This document shows, one piece after another, positions 1 to 14,065 of a stretch of DNA of 64,000 nt. Position 1 is the first letter of the stretch. Every line of letters starts with the position of its first letter. The stretch comes from Hamiltosporidium tvaerminnensis FI-OER-3-3 (Eukaryota > Fungi > Microsporidia), in NCBI GenBank assembly GCA_022605425.2, contig CM061250.1:558001-622000 (forward strand). Reading direction: 5' to 3'. Both the position numbers and the translations under genes were made by a program. The notes beneath the pieces are model-generated. The model did no database searches. It was not told where the DNA came from and saw nothing but the letters and a program-made list of their open reading frames with translations.

Positions 1-1242
1 AAATTGTTTCGACTGTTTTCTTAAGTACTATAGACTGAATGTATGCCTCTACATTCATGGGTATTTCTAGTCTTTTAAGATGCTACTTATGGTATTTTGT
101 CACAATACCGTCCCAGTTCATCACATAAAGGGATTATCTCAACACTACACTTGTAAATAAGATGCAGCTCATTGGCTAACAGGTCATACTTCCTAAGTTT
201 TTCAGTTTCAACTATTTGAAGTGAATCTTGGGAATGAATTCCTACTTCAATGAGTGTTATCTTATTATTCTTCTTATCTAAAATAAATATGTCGGGTCTA
301 TTATTCCGAATTTTAACATCAGTTTTTATTCTGGTGTCCACTCTTATCTCTGCATATTCTTTATCAAGAATTTCTTGAACTGAGTGGCTTCTAATTCGTT
401 TCGAAAACTTAAACTTATATTTATTCAGCAAGAGTAAATGTATACATCGTACCACTTAATTCTGCCGGCTGGTTTAGTCATGGCCTAGTATTTTTTCACA
501 TCGAGTTGCTAGATGATCTACAGTCTTACCTGATTTATTGCAGTGTTGGTACATACAATCTGCACTCCGGAATACATTTCTATCCTGGATATAACAAAAC
601 ACTGCTTCATCACGTGATCTTATACTTCCTTTCTTTAACCATCTTGAGGAGTCATTTACACTTACCAGCTCGTTATTTCTAGCGCTATATAACTTTGAAT
701 GTAGTTTTCGGTTTTAGATTTCGTTATATACGTTAGATAGTTGAGCTTCTTCCAATTTCTTTTTTGTGAATTTCTCTTCCAACCTGTATTTTATTTTTAA
801 AAAGTTTTTAATTAGTGAAAGGTGGGTTTTATTATTATTCTCCACTTTTGAGATGACTGCTCGTCTAGTTGATATTTCTTTACCTTTTTCAAGACAATCC
901 AAGAGTTGCGGAAGCATATGTTCGCTTCGCAACTCAACACTATGTAGGCCTCTTCCAAGTTCTGTCCTAGGAAGATACAAACGCTTTTTACATCCTGGGC
1001 GAAGATGTATCTTTTTCTTCACCAACACCACACGCACTGCATCATATAACTTAGAGAAGTCAGCCGATTCAAGTCGAAGTACTCCTATCTGATAGTTGAT
1101 TAACGATATCGCATGTTGATTGATTGCAGAAAATAATTTTTTTGCATTTAATCTAGTGTGACAAGGTTTTTCAACTCTTGATATAAGTTAGCTTTGTACT
1201 TCTTCTAATGAGCTACGTGTTGGAATTCCTCTGCATCTTCTA
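1..1242 (-). mobile_element. 5'-truncated, degenerate RLE-type (R4-like) non-LTR retrotransposon; runs off the window start
   Basis: ORFs 87..455 (RPDIFILDK..IEVG..EKLRKY, PD-(D/E)xK endonuclease) and 714..1037 (LYLPRTELGRGL) are near-identical to the copies at 4.7-12.4 kb. Homology stops abruptly near 1242. Confidence 0.92.
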
Positions 1243-1320
1243 TTTTAAATAATTCTAAAAATATATTCAAATATATTTAAAAAATAAAATGAAAACATTA
1301 AAAGTGGAAAATTAAAGGAT

Positions 1321-2526
1321 TTATTGATTTTTAACTACCGAAAGTGCTTCTTCATACAAAAAACAAGGGATTTCTGTTAAATTTGACTCAAAAATTCTTT
1401 TTACAATCTCAATTTGCAAATTTATGGATTGCAAATCATAACATTCAATATTTGGAAAAATAGTGGGAGTAAAAATTTTATATAGATTATCTGACCCCAT
1501 TTTATTATCTTTTGAATACTGATCAACTTTTCGAAAGATTTTCTGTAAATAGATAAGCATCTTTCTATTTTCATTTGTAATCGAAAATATTATTAAAGGC
1601 ACAATATATTCTATTATTGTAGGATCCGTCTGGTTTTTTATTATTTTCATCACCCTTTCTGCAATCTGAACTGAAATTATCCCATTCATTATCTCCCGAA
1701 TATATGCTTTGAAAATTGAAGCGTTGTCATGAACAGATAACTCAGTATAATCATATCTCTTTCCTGCAGCTAAAACACCCGGCATAAATTTATAATAGGT
1801 ATATTTACCAGAAATTCTAAACAATCCCTCTTTTTTGATCCCTTCATCCATAATATGGTCACCAACGGTATAAACAAATGTATTTGCTTTTTTCATATGA
1901 TAAGAATCTTTCTTAAACGAAGATCTGAATATATCAGAAATTTTTTCATAAATATTATCTTTAAAGCTGGATCTATATTTACGAAGCTTCTTAAAGCAAA
2001 AACAAGCCAATTTGATTTTTTCTTTATCACTAAGTAAATCATATTTTATAGTATTATTAGCTTTTGTTTGCTTGTTTTCTAATTTAGTAAAAAGAATATT
2101 TTGTTTTTTCTCTCGAGATGGTTCATATACCAGGTTTGATTTAAAATATATTTCATTTTTTTTGTATATCATTATAGGAAATTTATATTCCATATGATAT
2201 TTTAACATCAGGAATCTCTTGTCTTCATGATTCCAAATATTGATTTCATGTACTTTAACTGCTACATTTTCAAGAAAGGATAAATCTGCTTTTTCTAAAT
2301 CTTCTTTGGTTTTAATATTCTTTTCTTCTTTCTCCTTCAATTTCGAATTTTTAATGATTCTAAATATACTTTTATGTATATTTCCCATATCATTACTATC
2401 TTGCTTAAATTCATCGATTTTATTTAAGATTCCAATCAGTTCACTCGATTCAAGTCCCTGATTTTTTGTTACTTCTGAAATATTAATTTTTTTAATATTT
2501 CCGCTGTTCTTTATTTTGCTAATCAT
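1321..2526 (-). CDS. RhoGAP domain protein (401 aa)
   Basis: EGLFRISG (arginine finger), VHDNASIFKAYIRE and NKMGSDNLYKIFTPTIF are hallmark RhoGAP motifs. Confidence 0.88.
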   Translation of the reverse strand: MISKIKNSGNIKKINISEVTKNQGLESSELIGILNKIDEFKQDSNDMGNIHKSIFRIIKNSKLKEKEEKNIKTKEDLEKADLSFLENVAVKVHEINIWNHEDKRFLMLKYHMEYKFPIMIYKKNEIYFKSNLVYEPSREKKQNILFTKLENKQTKANNTIKYDLLSDKEKIKLACFCFKKLRKYRSSFKDNIYEKISDIFRSSFKKDSYHMKKANTFVYTVGDHIMDEGIKKEGLFRISGKYTYYKFMPGVLAAGKRYDYTELSVHDNASIFKAYIREIMNGIISVQIAERVMKIIKNQTDPTIIEYIVPLIIFSITNENRKMLIYLQKIFRKVDQYSKDNKMGSDNLYKIFTPTIFPNIECYDLQSINLQIEIVKRIFESNLTEIPCFLYEEALSVVKNQ

Positions 2527-4007
2527 TTGTTTATTATTGTTTTTTTTATTTTATAGATTTGAAATCGAGTGTTTGTTTATAAATCTGCATTGATTTTCTT
2601 TATCTTAAACAAAGTGTATCAAAATGAAAAAAAGGTTATTAATATATCTTTTGATCTTTTTTTAATTTCTTTAATGATAGTCCTCAGATATTAAATTAAT
2701 TTTTAATAAAAATCATCTACCATTTATTATCATATCTTATATTGTTATTTTGCAAATAAAATACACACAATTGACTATTTTAAATCATCAATTGAAGATG
2801 TCTTTCGTTTTGTAATAAAAGAGATTTATTTAAGCTGAATTATTTTTTAATCTTTTATTCTTTTATCTATTATTTTTTTAAATTAAAAAGCGTATTTAGG
2901 CAGAATAATTGTAAATAGCTAAAATTATATATTTTCTCGAAATAGACGGAAATTCATAAAAATTTTGCCTTAATAGTACTTTATATCTGATAGAATAGAA
3001 TTAAAAAAGAATTTTACATTTTATTTTAGTATGTAGATATTTTTTTACCCTTCTCAGCTAGCAAACACGATTATTTAAGTCCTAAATTTTATTTGAATTT
3101 ATATATTTTAAAAATTATTAGCTACTGAATGTGATTATAAGTCAGACTTTTAAAATTAAATTTTAAATATTTTATCAAAAAAATATTTTTTTTCGGATTT
3201 CTCACTATAACACATCTGTTATACTAAGTCGCAATCATAGTATAATTTATAAACCGAAAATTTTGTTTTAATCTTTTTTATTTATACTCCAATACGTGCC
3301 AAAATCTTTGATAGATAAAAACACAGGTAAATGCAATCGTTCGATGTCTATCAGGCAACAAAGATAACATAGTAAATTAATAGCAAAATATATTCTAAAA
3401 TACTAGTAATCCACTGTATGTTTGAAACAGAATTTTTTGGGTAACAAACGGGGAATAAAACATAATTAGGTGCTAAGAATAATATTATATCGGGGATATA
3501 TCTCATACTAGCATTCTATACACTTAAAGTATTATTTTAATTTATATAAATGAAATTAAGAAATTTTTGATAAGATTTATTCTTATATAGTTTAAACTCG
3601 GAATAAAATTCAAGATTAGACCTGCTATCATATTTATTTAAAAAATCTTCTTAATACAAAAACTTAATTCTATTGTTTTGATCTTTAAGTTACTTGGTTA
3701 GTATTTAGAACTTGTAAATAAAAATTAGGAACCAAAGGTATACGAATTAAATGCCAAAGTAATCATACTGGCATCATTTTATCAGATAAGATTAAAATTA
3801 AATCATCGAATAAAATTAGAATTGAATTGATAAGAAATTTATTAGAATGAATTAAATTAATGTGAAATTATATTAGGATGGAATATAATATTTTAATTTT
3901 TAGGGAAATAAAATTAGATAAAAATACTTTTAAAGCAGAAAGTGTAGTATAATAAATTGTTTTACTTATCTAATAGTATATAGCTAAGTATATTTTTTTT
4001 GTTGTAT

Positions 4008-4150
4008 AAAATTCTGGGTTAAAATATTTTAACCGTTTTTATATATTTTCTTTCACCTCTTTGAAATTTAAAAATCGTTTAATAAAATTCTGGGTTAAGA
4101 TATTTTTACCATTTTTATATATTTTCTTCCACCTCTTTTAACTTTAAAAA
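4008..4150 (-). repeat. Two tandem ~76-bp units matching the 3'-terminal repeat of the RLE retrotransposon
   Basis: attctgggttaa(a/g)atattttt..cc.tttttatatattttctt.cacctcttt starts near 4011 and 4087. The same unit occurs at 8533-8590 and 8608-8655. Confidence 0.85.
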
Positions 4151-4539
4151 AAATCCAAAAATAATTGGTTTTAGGTTCTTATAAATATTTAAAATAACAA
4201 ATTTTTATAAAAAAATAATAGAATTACAAAAAAAGATTCGAATGAATATTTAAAGAAAATATAAAAGTAAAACCTTCGCCTATTCAAATCAAATAAATAC
4301 AAGAAATAGAAATGAAATAATTAAACCTTGGACTAAATTGTAAATTCCATTAAATAATAATTTCCAAATTTTAAGAAACAGCAATAAAAAAAAACACTTA
4401 ATTTAAAATTTAGAATTCATGAAACGAAATAAAAATTATAGATATAAACAACCCAAATTAAGAAATAATAATAATATTTTTTATTTATTTCTCATTTATA
4501 TCTATAATGTTTTTTAAACCAATTATTTCATAGACTGAT

Positions 4540-4720
4540 TATGTTTCTTAAGTTTTCCTAAACTTTTATTTTCTTATAATTTTAATTTTTATATTTTTTT
4601 ATCAATTTATTCTATTAATACACTAATTATTGCTCTTAAGTTTCCTAAACTTTTATTTTCTTATAATTTTAGTTGTTTATATTTTTCCTTCTGCCCATTT
4701 ATTTAATAAAATTCTGGGTT
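4540..4720 (-). mobile_element. 5' stub of a further retrotransposon copy, with an internal ~36-bp duplication
   Basis: Minus strand reads ATG GGC AGA AGG AAA AAT (MGRRKN..) from 4698, matching the element starts MGRRMG (8499) and MGRRKK (12368). cttaagttt(t)cctaaacttttattttcttataatttt is repeated at ~4547 and ~4635. Confidence 0.7.
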
Positions 4721-4737
4721 AACAAATCTTCTCTCGT

Positions 4738-7700
4738 TTAACTAATTTCTTCCATCACTTTAACCACTTTATTCTCTTTTTCTACATCCGACTTATCATT
4801 AATGTCTATCGTCGGTTCCTCTGGTCTGGTTACGTCATCTAAAATAAGGGGTAAAATATTTTTTGAATTTACTTGTTTAACACTATCTTCCTCGTTCTTC
4901 ACTTCTTTTAAGGGGGGTGTTGGCTGTTTATGCATCTCAGCTCCTATAATAACACTTAATGACGCTCTCTCCCAGCTCTCTTCGGCACTTGGTCCTGACT
5001 CAATTCCTCTTCGTCGATCGAAGGAAATCATTTCGACTGTTTTCTTAAGTACTATGGACTGAATGTATGCCTCTACATTTATGGGTATTTGTAATCTTTT
5101 AAGATAAGTCTTATGGTATTTTGTCACAATACCGTCCCATGTTATCACATAAGGAATTATCTCTACACTACATTTGTAAATAAGGCCCAGCTCATTTGCT
5201 AATAGGTCATACTTCCTAAGTTTCTCTGTTTCAACTATTTGAAGTGAGTCTTGGGAGATGATTCCTACTTCAATGAGGGTAATCTTATTTCTTCTCTTGT
5301 CTAAAACGAATATATCTGGCCTATTATTTCGAATTTTGACATCAGTTTTTATTCTGGTGTCCACTCTTATCTCTGCATACTCATTATCAAGAATTTCTTG
5401 AACTGAGTGGCTTCTGATTCGTTTTGAAGACTTGAATTTATATTTATTTAACAAGAGCAAATGTATACATCGTACCACTTCATTGTGTCGTCTAGTATAG
5501 TCATGACCAAGCATTTTTTCACATCTCGTTGCTAAATGGTCTACTGTTTTTCTAGACGTGTTGCAGTGTTGACACACACCTTCTGCTCCCCAAAATACGT
5601 TTCTATCCTGGATATAGCAGAACACTGCTTCATCACGCGGCTTACACTTCCTTTCTTTAACCATCTTGAGGAGTCATTTACACTTACTAGCTCGTTGTTT
5701 CTAGCATTATATAACTTTGAATGTAGTTTTCGTTTTTCTATTTCGTTATATAAGTTAGCTAGTTGAGCTTCATCTAATTTATTTTTAGTGACCTCCTCTG
5801 CCATCCCGTATTTTACTTGTAAAAAGTCTTTTATTGGTGCAAGATGGGTTTTATTATCATTCTCCACCTTAAGGATTGCTGCTCTTCTGGTCGATGTTTC
5901 TTGTGATTTTTCCAGACAATCCAAGAGTTGCAAAAGCATATGTTCGCTTTTGAACTCAACACTATGAAGACCTCTCCCAAGTTCTGTTCTGGGAAGATAC
6001 AGACGCTCTTTACATCCTGGGCGAAAATGTATCTTGTTCTTTACTAAAACTGCACGTACTGCGTCATCCAACTTTGAGAAGTCGCCAGGTTCAAGTCGAA
6101 GTACACCTATATGATAGTTTATTAGAGATATCGCATGTTGATTGATAGCTTGAAATAAATTTCTTGCATTCAATCTCGAGTGGAAAAGTCTCTACCCTCG
6201 CTATCAGTTTGGTTTGTACTTCCTCAAACGACTTACGTGTTGGAATTCCTCTGCTATCTTCTATTATTCCGAGGTATTTGTAAACACCTATTCCTTCAAG
6301 AAGAGTAGCAGTATTCTCACAACACGAATCATTTGTGGCCGACTTCTCTCTGTTTATTTCTAATCCTATATTTTTCATAAACATTTTTACCTCCTCCGTC
6401 ATCTTTTCAAGCGTTGCTCCATCTTTGGCAAGGAGCTTAAGATCATAAATGAACAAGAGATGATTGGTAGAGTGGGATGCATCCTCCGTTTGTATTGTCA
6501 CCTTTGCGTATTCTTCATTGAGTTTACGGCTCAATGGATCCATACACAGCACAAACAATAAGGGTGACAAACTATCTCCCTGTAGAATCCCTTTATCAAT
6601 CTTCTTGTTCATAATTTTTTCAGACCCTACCGAAATATCAATTTTCCATTTTGATATTGTTACCTTAATAAATTTCATGATCCAATCAGGTAAATTAAGG
6701 TTTTCGATGACTTGTGTCAAATAAGCATGATCTATTGAATCATACGCTTTTTTGACATCAATCCACGTTGCCTTAAGATTGTTTCCATACTCTTTATTAA
6801 TAGCAACATTTAGCAGGGCCTGCTCCTTCGCTCCTTGCACACCTCTCACTGCACCCAATTGATTATCTGCTAGTAACCCTCGCCTTTCTACCTCAAGCTG
6901 AACAACTTTTGTAACACACTTTGTCGTCAGCTTGTAAAGGTTTGACATACAAGTTATTGGCCTATAGTCGAAGCCTTTTTGTGGTACGCTTTCGAATGAG
7001 ATACGTTAGCCCATGATAAAACCAATTAACTTGTGGTGTTCCTTCAAAACATATGGCTTTCACAATATCATAAAGATACTTGTGAAGAGTCGTAAGTTTC
7101 TTGATATAAAAATTGTAGATCCCATCAATTCCGGCAGCTTTCCAGTTAGAGAGCCAATTGATAATATCTACAAATTCATTAAGGGAAGGAAACGTGGCCT
7201 GGTGAGTATCCGGCACGAAAGGTATCAGATACTCATCATGCGTAACTATTTCCTTATTTTTGTTCCACATTGTGGACCAAAAACTTACAATTTCGTCACG
7301 ATTAACCACATGCTCGGATTCCACACGCTCAGACAGGCCATGATAATATCTACCTCGGAACAACTCAAACATACGATTCTCTTTTCGGAATTGTTCCTAC
7401 TTTCGTACATCGTAAGTTTTTTTTCGTAAACAGTTATCAGCTCATTCTTCTTAACTACAGCCTCCGATAGATCATTTGTTTTGTTTAGGTCTAAATTAAA
7501 CTCTCGCATAATTTTTTTAAGACTTTTAGTTTGAGAAGAGGAGAGTTCTTCCCGTCTACGTGCTTTCTCGAGGATATCTTTTGAAAGTTTTAACACTCAA
7601 ATTTTACTCTCAATGCTTTCTTTCCACGCTGATCTTGGCCTCTCTTTACGTGTTTCATCGTCATAACATACCTGTGCTGTCTGGATAATTCGGGCAACGT

Positions 7701-8499
7701 CTGTTATCGTCATAGGTACATGAGAGTCAGCATATTCACCGACTATTCGATTAATAAGATCAAGAACTGTAGTGTCAGCCAATTCATTTGGAAGCTTTCG
7801 AGTCCGGACTACTACTTTTCCGATTTCCTCCTCAGATATTTTTTTGATATTACTCAAGTATTTTTCTCTCAGGCTTATAAATCGAGTAGCATCGGTCAAG
7901 GAACATGGCTCGGCGAGACAAGTGGCGATTCGACGTCGCTCTCCATTCTCTTCCTGCCTAATTTACTCTTCCGTCTTATTGTGTGCCATTCTTTTTAGCA
8001 CATCGATAGTTTCGGTACAGGAGAACTTCTCATTATAGTAGCTCTGTATCTCTTTCCATCCATTTCTAGGCATTCGGTCAAACCTTGTTTGTACTGCAGA
8101 AAGAACACATCGAATAAATTCTTGACGCTCGGCCTCTATAGATCTGAGTATGGATCGGAGTACAACGAGCCTTTCGGAAATAGGTATGGTACAAAGGTTT
8201 GGCCAACTAGCAGCTATATCTGGCCTAGGGGTCACGGTGCTTGAATGCATAGGGTTAGATGGCGAGTGTATGGTGTTAAGCAAGCATACCTTTGTGTTTG
8301 TGTTTGCTTCGCTTGGGGGTATAGAAATGTTATTTATGATGGTGGATGGTGTGTATGAGCTTGGCTGTGGAATTCCCTGGTCGTTTTTACACTCTCTAAT
8401 TACCCCATCCACTTCACTTGCCCTGTTTGCAGCCTTTATTATTTTTTCTTTTTGTTTTTCGCTGCCTACATATTTTCTTATACCCATCCTTCTGCCCAT
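4738..8499 (-). mobile_element. Near full-length RLE non-LTR retrotransposon (R4/Dong-like), single ORF broken by stops and frameshifts
   Basis: Consecutive minus-strand ORF pieces give: N-terminal region; WKAAGIDG; IDVKKAYDSIDH; GILQGDSLSPLLF; HLLFIYDLKL (catalytic DD mutated); YKYLG; CCHC knuckle CQHC-x8-H-x4-C; RHN; RPD..IEV..KY endonuclease. Confidence 0.95.
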
Positions 8500-8609
8500 A
8501 ATTTTAATTTAATTTAGTTAATAAAATTTTCAGGGTTAAAATATTTTTACAATTTTTTAATATTTTCTTCTACCTCTTTTAACTTTAAAAACGTTTATAA
8601 TATTATGAG

Positions 8610-11600
8610 TTAAAATATTTTTACCATTTTAATATTTTCTTCTACCTCTTTAACCACTTTTGTCTCTTCTTCCAAATCCGAATCTTTATTTATGTTATTG
8701 GTCGGTTCCTCTAAAGTGGTTCTTTTTTGTGAAATAAAGGGTGCTTTATTTGTGTGGTCAAAATTTTATGCACTGTCTTCCTCTCTCTTCTCTCTTTTTA
8801 AAAGGGGTATTGGTTCCTCATGCATCTCTGCTCTTATAATAACACCCATTGACGCTAACTCCCAGCTCTCTTCGGCATTTAGTCATGACTCAAGTCCTCT
8901 TCGTCGATCAAAGGAAATTGTTTCGACTGTTTTCTTAAGTACTATAGACTAGATGTATGCCTCTACATTCATGGGTATTTCTAGTCTTTTAAGATGAGAT
9001 TTATGGTATTTTGTCACAATACCGTCCCAGGTCATCACATAAGGGATTATCTCAACACTATACGTATAAATAAGACCCAACTCATTGGCTAGCAGGTCAT
9101 ACTTCCTAAGTTTTTCAGTTTCAACTATTTGAAGTGAATCTTGGGAAGTGATTCCTACTTCAATGAGTGTTATCTTATTCTTATTTTTATCTAAAATAAA
9201 TATGTCTGGTCTGTTATTCCGAATTTAAACATCAGTTTTTATTCTTCTGTCCACTGTTATCTCTGCATACTCATTATCAAGAATTTCTTGAACTGAGTGA
9301 CTCGTAATTCGTTTTGAAGACTTAAACTTATATCTATTTAACAAGAGCAAATGTATACATCGTACCACTTCATTGTGTCGTCTAGTATAGTCATGACCAA
9401 GCATTTTTTCACATCTCGTTGCTAAATGGTCTACTGTTTTTCTAGACGTGTTGCAGTGTTGACACACACCTTCTGCTCCCCAAAATACGTTTCTATCCTG
9501 GATATAGCAGAACACAGCTTCATTTCGTGGCCTAATATTACCTTTCTTTAGCCATCTTGAAGAGTCACTAACACTCACAAGCTCATTTTTTCTTGCATTA
9601 TATAACTTTGAATGGAGTTTTCGTTTTTCTATTTCGTTATATAGTTTTGCAAGTTGAGCTTCTTCTAAACTTTTCTTAGTGACTTCTTTTACCAACCTGT
9701 ACTTTACTTTTAAGAAGCCTTTATATTAGTGCAAGATGGGTTTTATTATTATTCTCCACCTTGAGGATTGCTGCTCTTCTGGTCGATGTATCTTTATGTT
9801 TTTCCAGACAATCCAAGAGTTGCAAAAGCATATGTTCGCTTTTGAACTCGACACTATGTAAACCTCTTCCAAGTTCTGTTCTAGGAAGGTACAGACGCTC
9901 TTTAAATCCTGGGCGGAGATGTATCTTATTCTTCACCAACACCGCACGCACCGCATCATCTAACTTAGAGAAGTCAGCCGGTTCAAGTCGGAGTACACCT
10001 ATATGATAGTTTATTAGAGATATCGCATGTTGATTGATTGCAGAAAATAAATTTTTTGCTTTATATCTAGTGTGACAAAGTCTTTCAACTCTTGATATAA
10101 GTTTGCTCTGTACTTCTTCAAATGAGCTACGTGTTGGAATTCCTCTGCTATCTTCTATTATTCCTAAATATTTATAAACACTAACACCTTCTAGAGGAGT
10201 AGCAGTATCTTCACAACACGTATCATTTGTGGCCGACTTCTCTTTGTTAATCTCTAAGCCAATCACCTCTAAAAATTCCTTTGCCTCGCCTGTCATAGCA
10301 CTCAATGTGGAGCTGTCTTTTGCAAGGAGCTTAAGATCATCAATAAACAAGAGATGATTAGTAGAATGGGATTCTGCATCTGTTTGTACTGTCACTTTTG
10401 TGTATTTTTCATTAAGCTTTCGGCTTAATGGATCCATACACAAAACAAATAACAATGGTGACAAACTATCTCATTGCGGAATCCCTCTCTTAATCTTCTT
10501 GCTCATGATTTTTTCAGGCCCTACTGATATATCAATTTTCCATTTTGATATAATTACCTTAATAAATTTCAGGATCCAATCAGGTAAATTAAGTTTTTCA
10601 ATGCATTGAGTTAAATAAGCATGATCTATTAGATCATAGGCTTTTTTAACATCAATCCATGTTCCCTTAAGATTGTTTCCGTCCTCTTTATTTATTGCAA
10701 TATTTAGTAGAGCCTGCTCTTTCGTACCCTGCCCACCTCTAACTGCTTAGAACTGGTTCTACGTAAGCAACCCTCGCCTTTCCACTTTAAGTTGAACGAC
10801 TTTCGTTACACACTTAGTCGTTAACTTGTAGAGGTTGGACATACAAGTGATTGGCCTGTAGTCAGAGCCTCTTCGTGGAATTCCTTTCGGTATCAAATAC
10901 GTAAGCCCGCAGTAAAACCAATCAGCTTGAGGTGTTCCTTCTAAACATATAACTTTCATTATTTCATAAAGATATTTGTGAAGAGTTGTAAGTTTCTTAA
11001 TGAAAAAATTGTAAATACCATCAATTCCAGCAGCTTTCCCATTGGAAAGCCAACTAATGATACTTACAAATTCATCGAGTGAAGGAAACATACTAGGATG
11101 ATTATCTGATACAAATGGAATCAAATAATCATCCCACATGACAGTGTCATCATTTTTGTTCCACATTGTAGGCTAAAAACTCACAATTTCATCACGACTG
11201 ACCACATGATCGGATTCCACACGCTCAGATTACCCTCGATAAAATTGACCTCGGAAAAGCTTAAACATACGATTTTCTTTTCGGGATTGCTTCCTACTTT
11301 CATGCATCGTAATTTTTTTCTCGTACACATTCAAAGACTCATTCTTCTTAACTAAAGCCTCAGAAAGATCAGTTACACTGCTCAAGTTTAAATTAAACTC
11401 TCGCATAATTTTCTTAAGGCTCTTCGTTTCCGAAGTGGAGAGCATTTCCTGCTTACGAGCCTTCTCGGGAAGATCTTTGGAAAGTACTAACTTAGAAATT
11501 TTACTTTCTATGTTTTCCTTCCAAGCGGATCTAAGCTTCTCTTCACGTGTTGCCTCGTCATAGCATACCTGCGCAGTTTGCATGATATAAGCCGCTTCCG

Positions 11601-12368
11601 TAATTGACTCAGGTACATGAGCTTTGGCTTATTCACCGGCTACTAGATTAATGAGGTCCAAGGCTTTACTATCAACCAATTCACTTGGAAGCTTTCGAGT
11701 TCGGACCACCACTTTTCCAATTTCCTTCTCCGATATTTCTTTGATTTTACTCAAAAATTTATCTCCTAGGTTTATTTACTCCGTGGTGTCAGTCAGGGTG
11801 CATGGCTCAGTGAGACAAGTGGCGATTCGACGTCGCTCTCTATTCTCTTCTTGCCTTATTTCCTTTTCTGCCTCATTTTGTGCGAGTTTTTTAAATGCAT
11901 CGATATCTAATGTGCAGCCAAATTTCTCATTATAGTACCTCGGAGTAGCGGGCCAGCCATTTCTGGGCATTCTCTCAAACCTCTTCTGCACTGCTAGAAT
12001 AGCGGATCTAAGCCATTTCTGCCCTACGACCTTGACAGAGTACTGTATTGAGTGCAATACTATCAGTCGATTTCCTTATAAAATGGCATCTGTATTGAGG
12101 TTTGTCATGCCGTTGGCTGGTCCAAACGCAATGGCATTTGTACCAGAAGACGAGGGTATGATGTCAACCAAGCAGACTGGGCTAGTCTGGCCACTACTGC
12201 TTGGTGGTTGGTGTTATGGAAGGTCTGTGGAGGTGGAAGTCTCTCGGATAACATTGCTACATCTACATCGCACATCAAAATCTCCCCTGCTCTGTTCTCC
12301 AAGTTGTTTACAGCCTTTATTTTTTTATTTTTTATATTTTCGCTGTCTACTTTTTTCCTTCTACCCAT
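8610..12368 (-). mobile_element. Second near full-length RLE non-LTR retrotransposon, head-to-tail upstream of the first; degenerate
   Basis: Same domain order (DYRPITC, HLLFIDDLKL, CQHC..H..C, RHN) with multiple stops and frameshifts. The ORF remnant ends near 8610, about 110 bp from the ATG of the next copy. Confidence 0.95.
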
Positions 12369-13089
12369 TACGATGGAAAAAAAATTTAAACAATATTAAT
12401 ATTTTGGTAGTCATTTTTTTAAGTTTTAAATTTATTTACGTTTTTTTAAAGTATTAAATTGGCATTTATAATTTCATTATTTAATGATTCTTTTAAATTT
12501 CAAAGCTGAAAATTTAATTTTAATAAGAAAATAAGCTTTTAAAATTATCTTTATTTCATTTGATCAATTCAAAATTTAGTGATTGTTTAAAAAAACATCA
12601 TATATTCTATATTTTATATAATTTTTTGAAAAACACATTTCATTCATTAGCAGCGATAAATTTGAATACCTTTTTTATTGCAATGATAAGCTTTTAACAT
12701 AATAATCATATTTATCTTCAAAATGGAATAAAATATTTAAAAAATCTGTATTTGAAAAGGGATAGATAAATAGGAAATTTCCGATAAAAAATGTATAAAT
12801 GAAGTTGGAAATTATGAAAATCCAGGGACAATATATTAAAATTTAACAACGAATTCGATGAAACCAAATTTGAATATTTTAAAAAAACCATCAAAGTTAT
12901 CTTTATAGCCAATGAAGAACGATTTAAATTTCATTATTATTAATCAGCGCATGCTTTTAGTTGAAGTCTCAGCTAATTAATACAGAGTTTACTTATATTT
13001 GCCAAAATATTGCCTCTGTGCATCAAAATAGATACTCAATCTTTATTTTATCTCAGAAATATTTTACGTGGCAAAACTCTAGGAAATAG

Positions 13090-14000
13090 CTTGTATTTTG
13101 AGAAATTTGGGAAGATGCCTTGGAAGTTTTAAGAGATGCAAATGTATTAGAACACAAGTTTTCTTATTTTTTTATGCCAGAATCATAAAATAGCTAACGC
13201 GTAATAGAGTTAACAATAAATCGGGATCGAGAAGTTACTCGATTAGGTTTGAATTTACAGAAACAGCTAGTAACTTTTTTTAACGTATTAATTTTTCGCT
13301 TATCTAGCGGGAATTTAAAGGCAAAAAATGTGAGGAGAAAAATATTGATTTAAGTTCAAGTGGTGTATACTTTAACAGTGGTTCTAATTTATATATTATC
13401 TACTAAATTCGAAATTAGTAATTTTTGCTTGCCAAAACTATGTCACTAATATATGAAACCACGAAACACTTAATAATGAAATTAAAGATCTAGAAAAATC
13501 TAGATTCGTTTTTATTATACCGTATCACCTAAAATGAATTCTAGAAACCAACAAATAGCGCTAATTCTTTCATAAATGACTATACACAAAGAAAAAGGGC
13601 ACCTATGAAATAGGAAACTTAGAAATGCGCTAGAATGTGTAAGAAAATATAAAAAAATTCTATATTTGTCTTTGGCTCAGTATTAACTTTACAATGTTCA
13701 TTTGAATTATCTAAAAGTATATTTTATAATGAAAATTTTATTTAATTTTTGTTACAATCTAATCGAGGTAGAAATTTTTGAGTTTTTTTTCCTAACTATG
13801 CGAGCTTATGATCGGCTCACGCCATATTTAACCTCTAAAAAATACAAAAAATACAGGCATATTCCGTACAAAATGTGTTTATTTTCAGCTCAAATATAAT
13901 TCTCGCACATTTACTTTTAAATATATATTGCTAGCTTACCTGTCGCGCTTTTCTGCGATCCGAAAAGCAAGTAGAATCAATGTAACAAAAATTTAGAATC
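13090..14000 (+). mobile_element. Highly decayed, divergent RLE retrotransposon 3' half
   Basis: Residual matches in the correct order: tttgggaagatgcctt (LGRGL), atgactatacacaaaga (HDYTRR), ctaatcgaggtagaaatt (LIEVGI), ttatgatcggctc (YDLL), attccgtac (IPY). Confidence 0.5.
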
Positions 14001-14065
14001 GAATTGCAATTTATATATCTAGTCAACGAGTTTATTTAAATAATATTTTTTTTGTCTCAATGAAT

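Noticed and set aside
766-12457. Plus-strand ORFs overlapping the retrotransposons and RhoGAP (also 17919..18449 antisense to GLR1, and 28616..28813)
   Set aside because: Antisense shadows of real or decayed coding sequence with no independent motifs.
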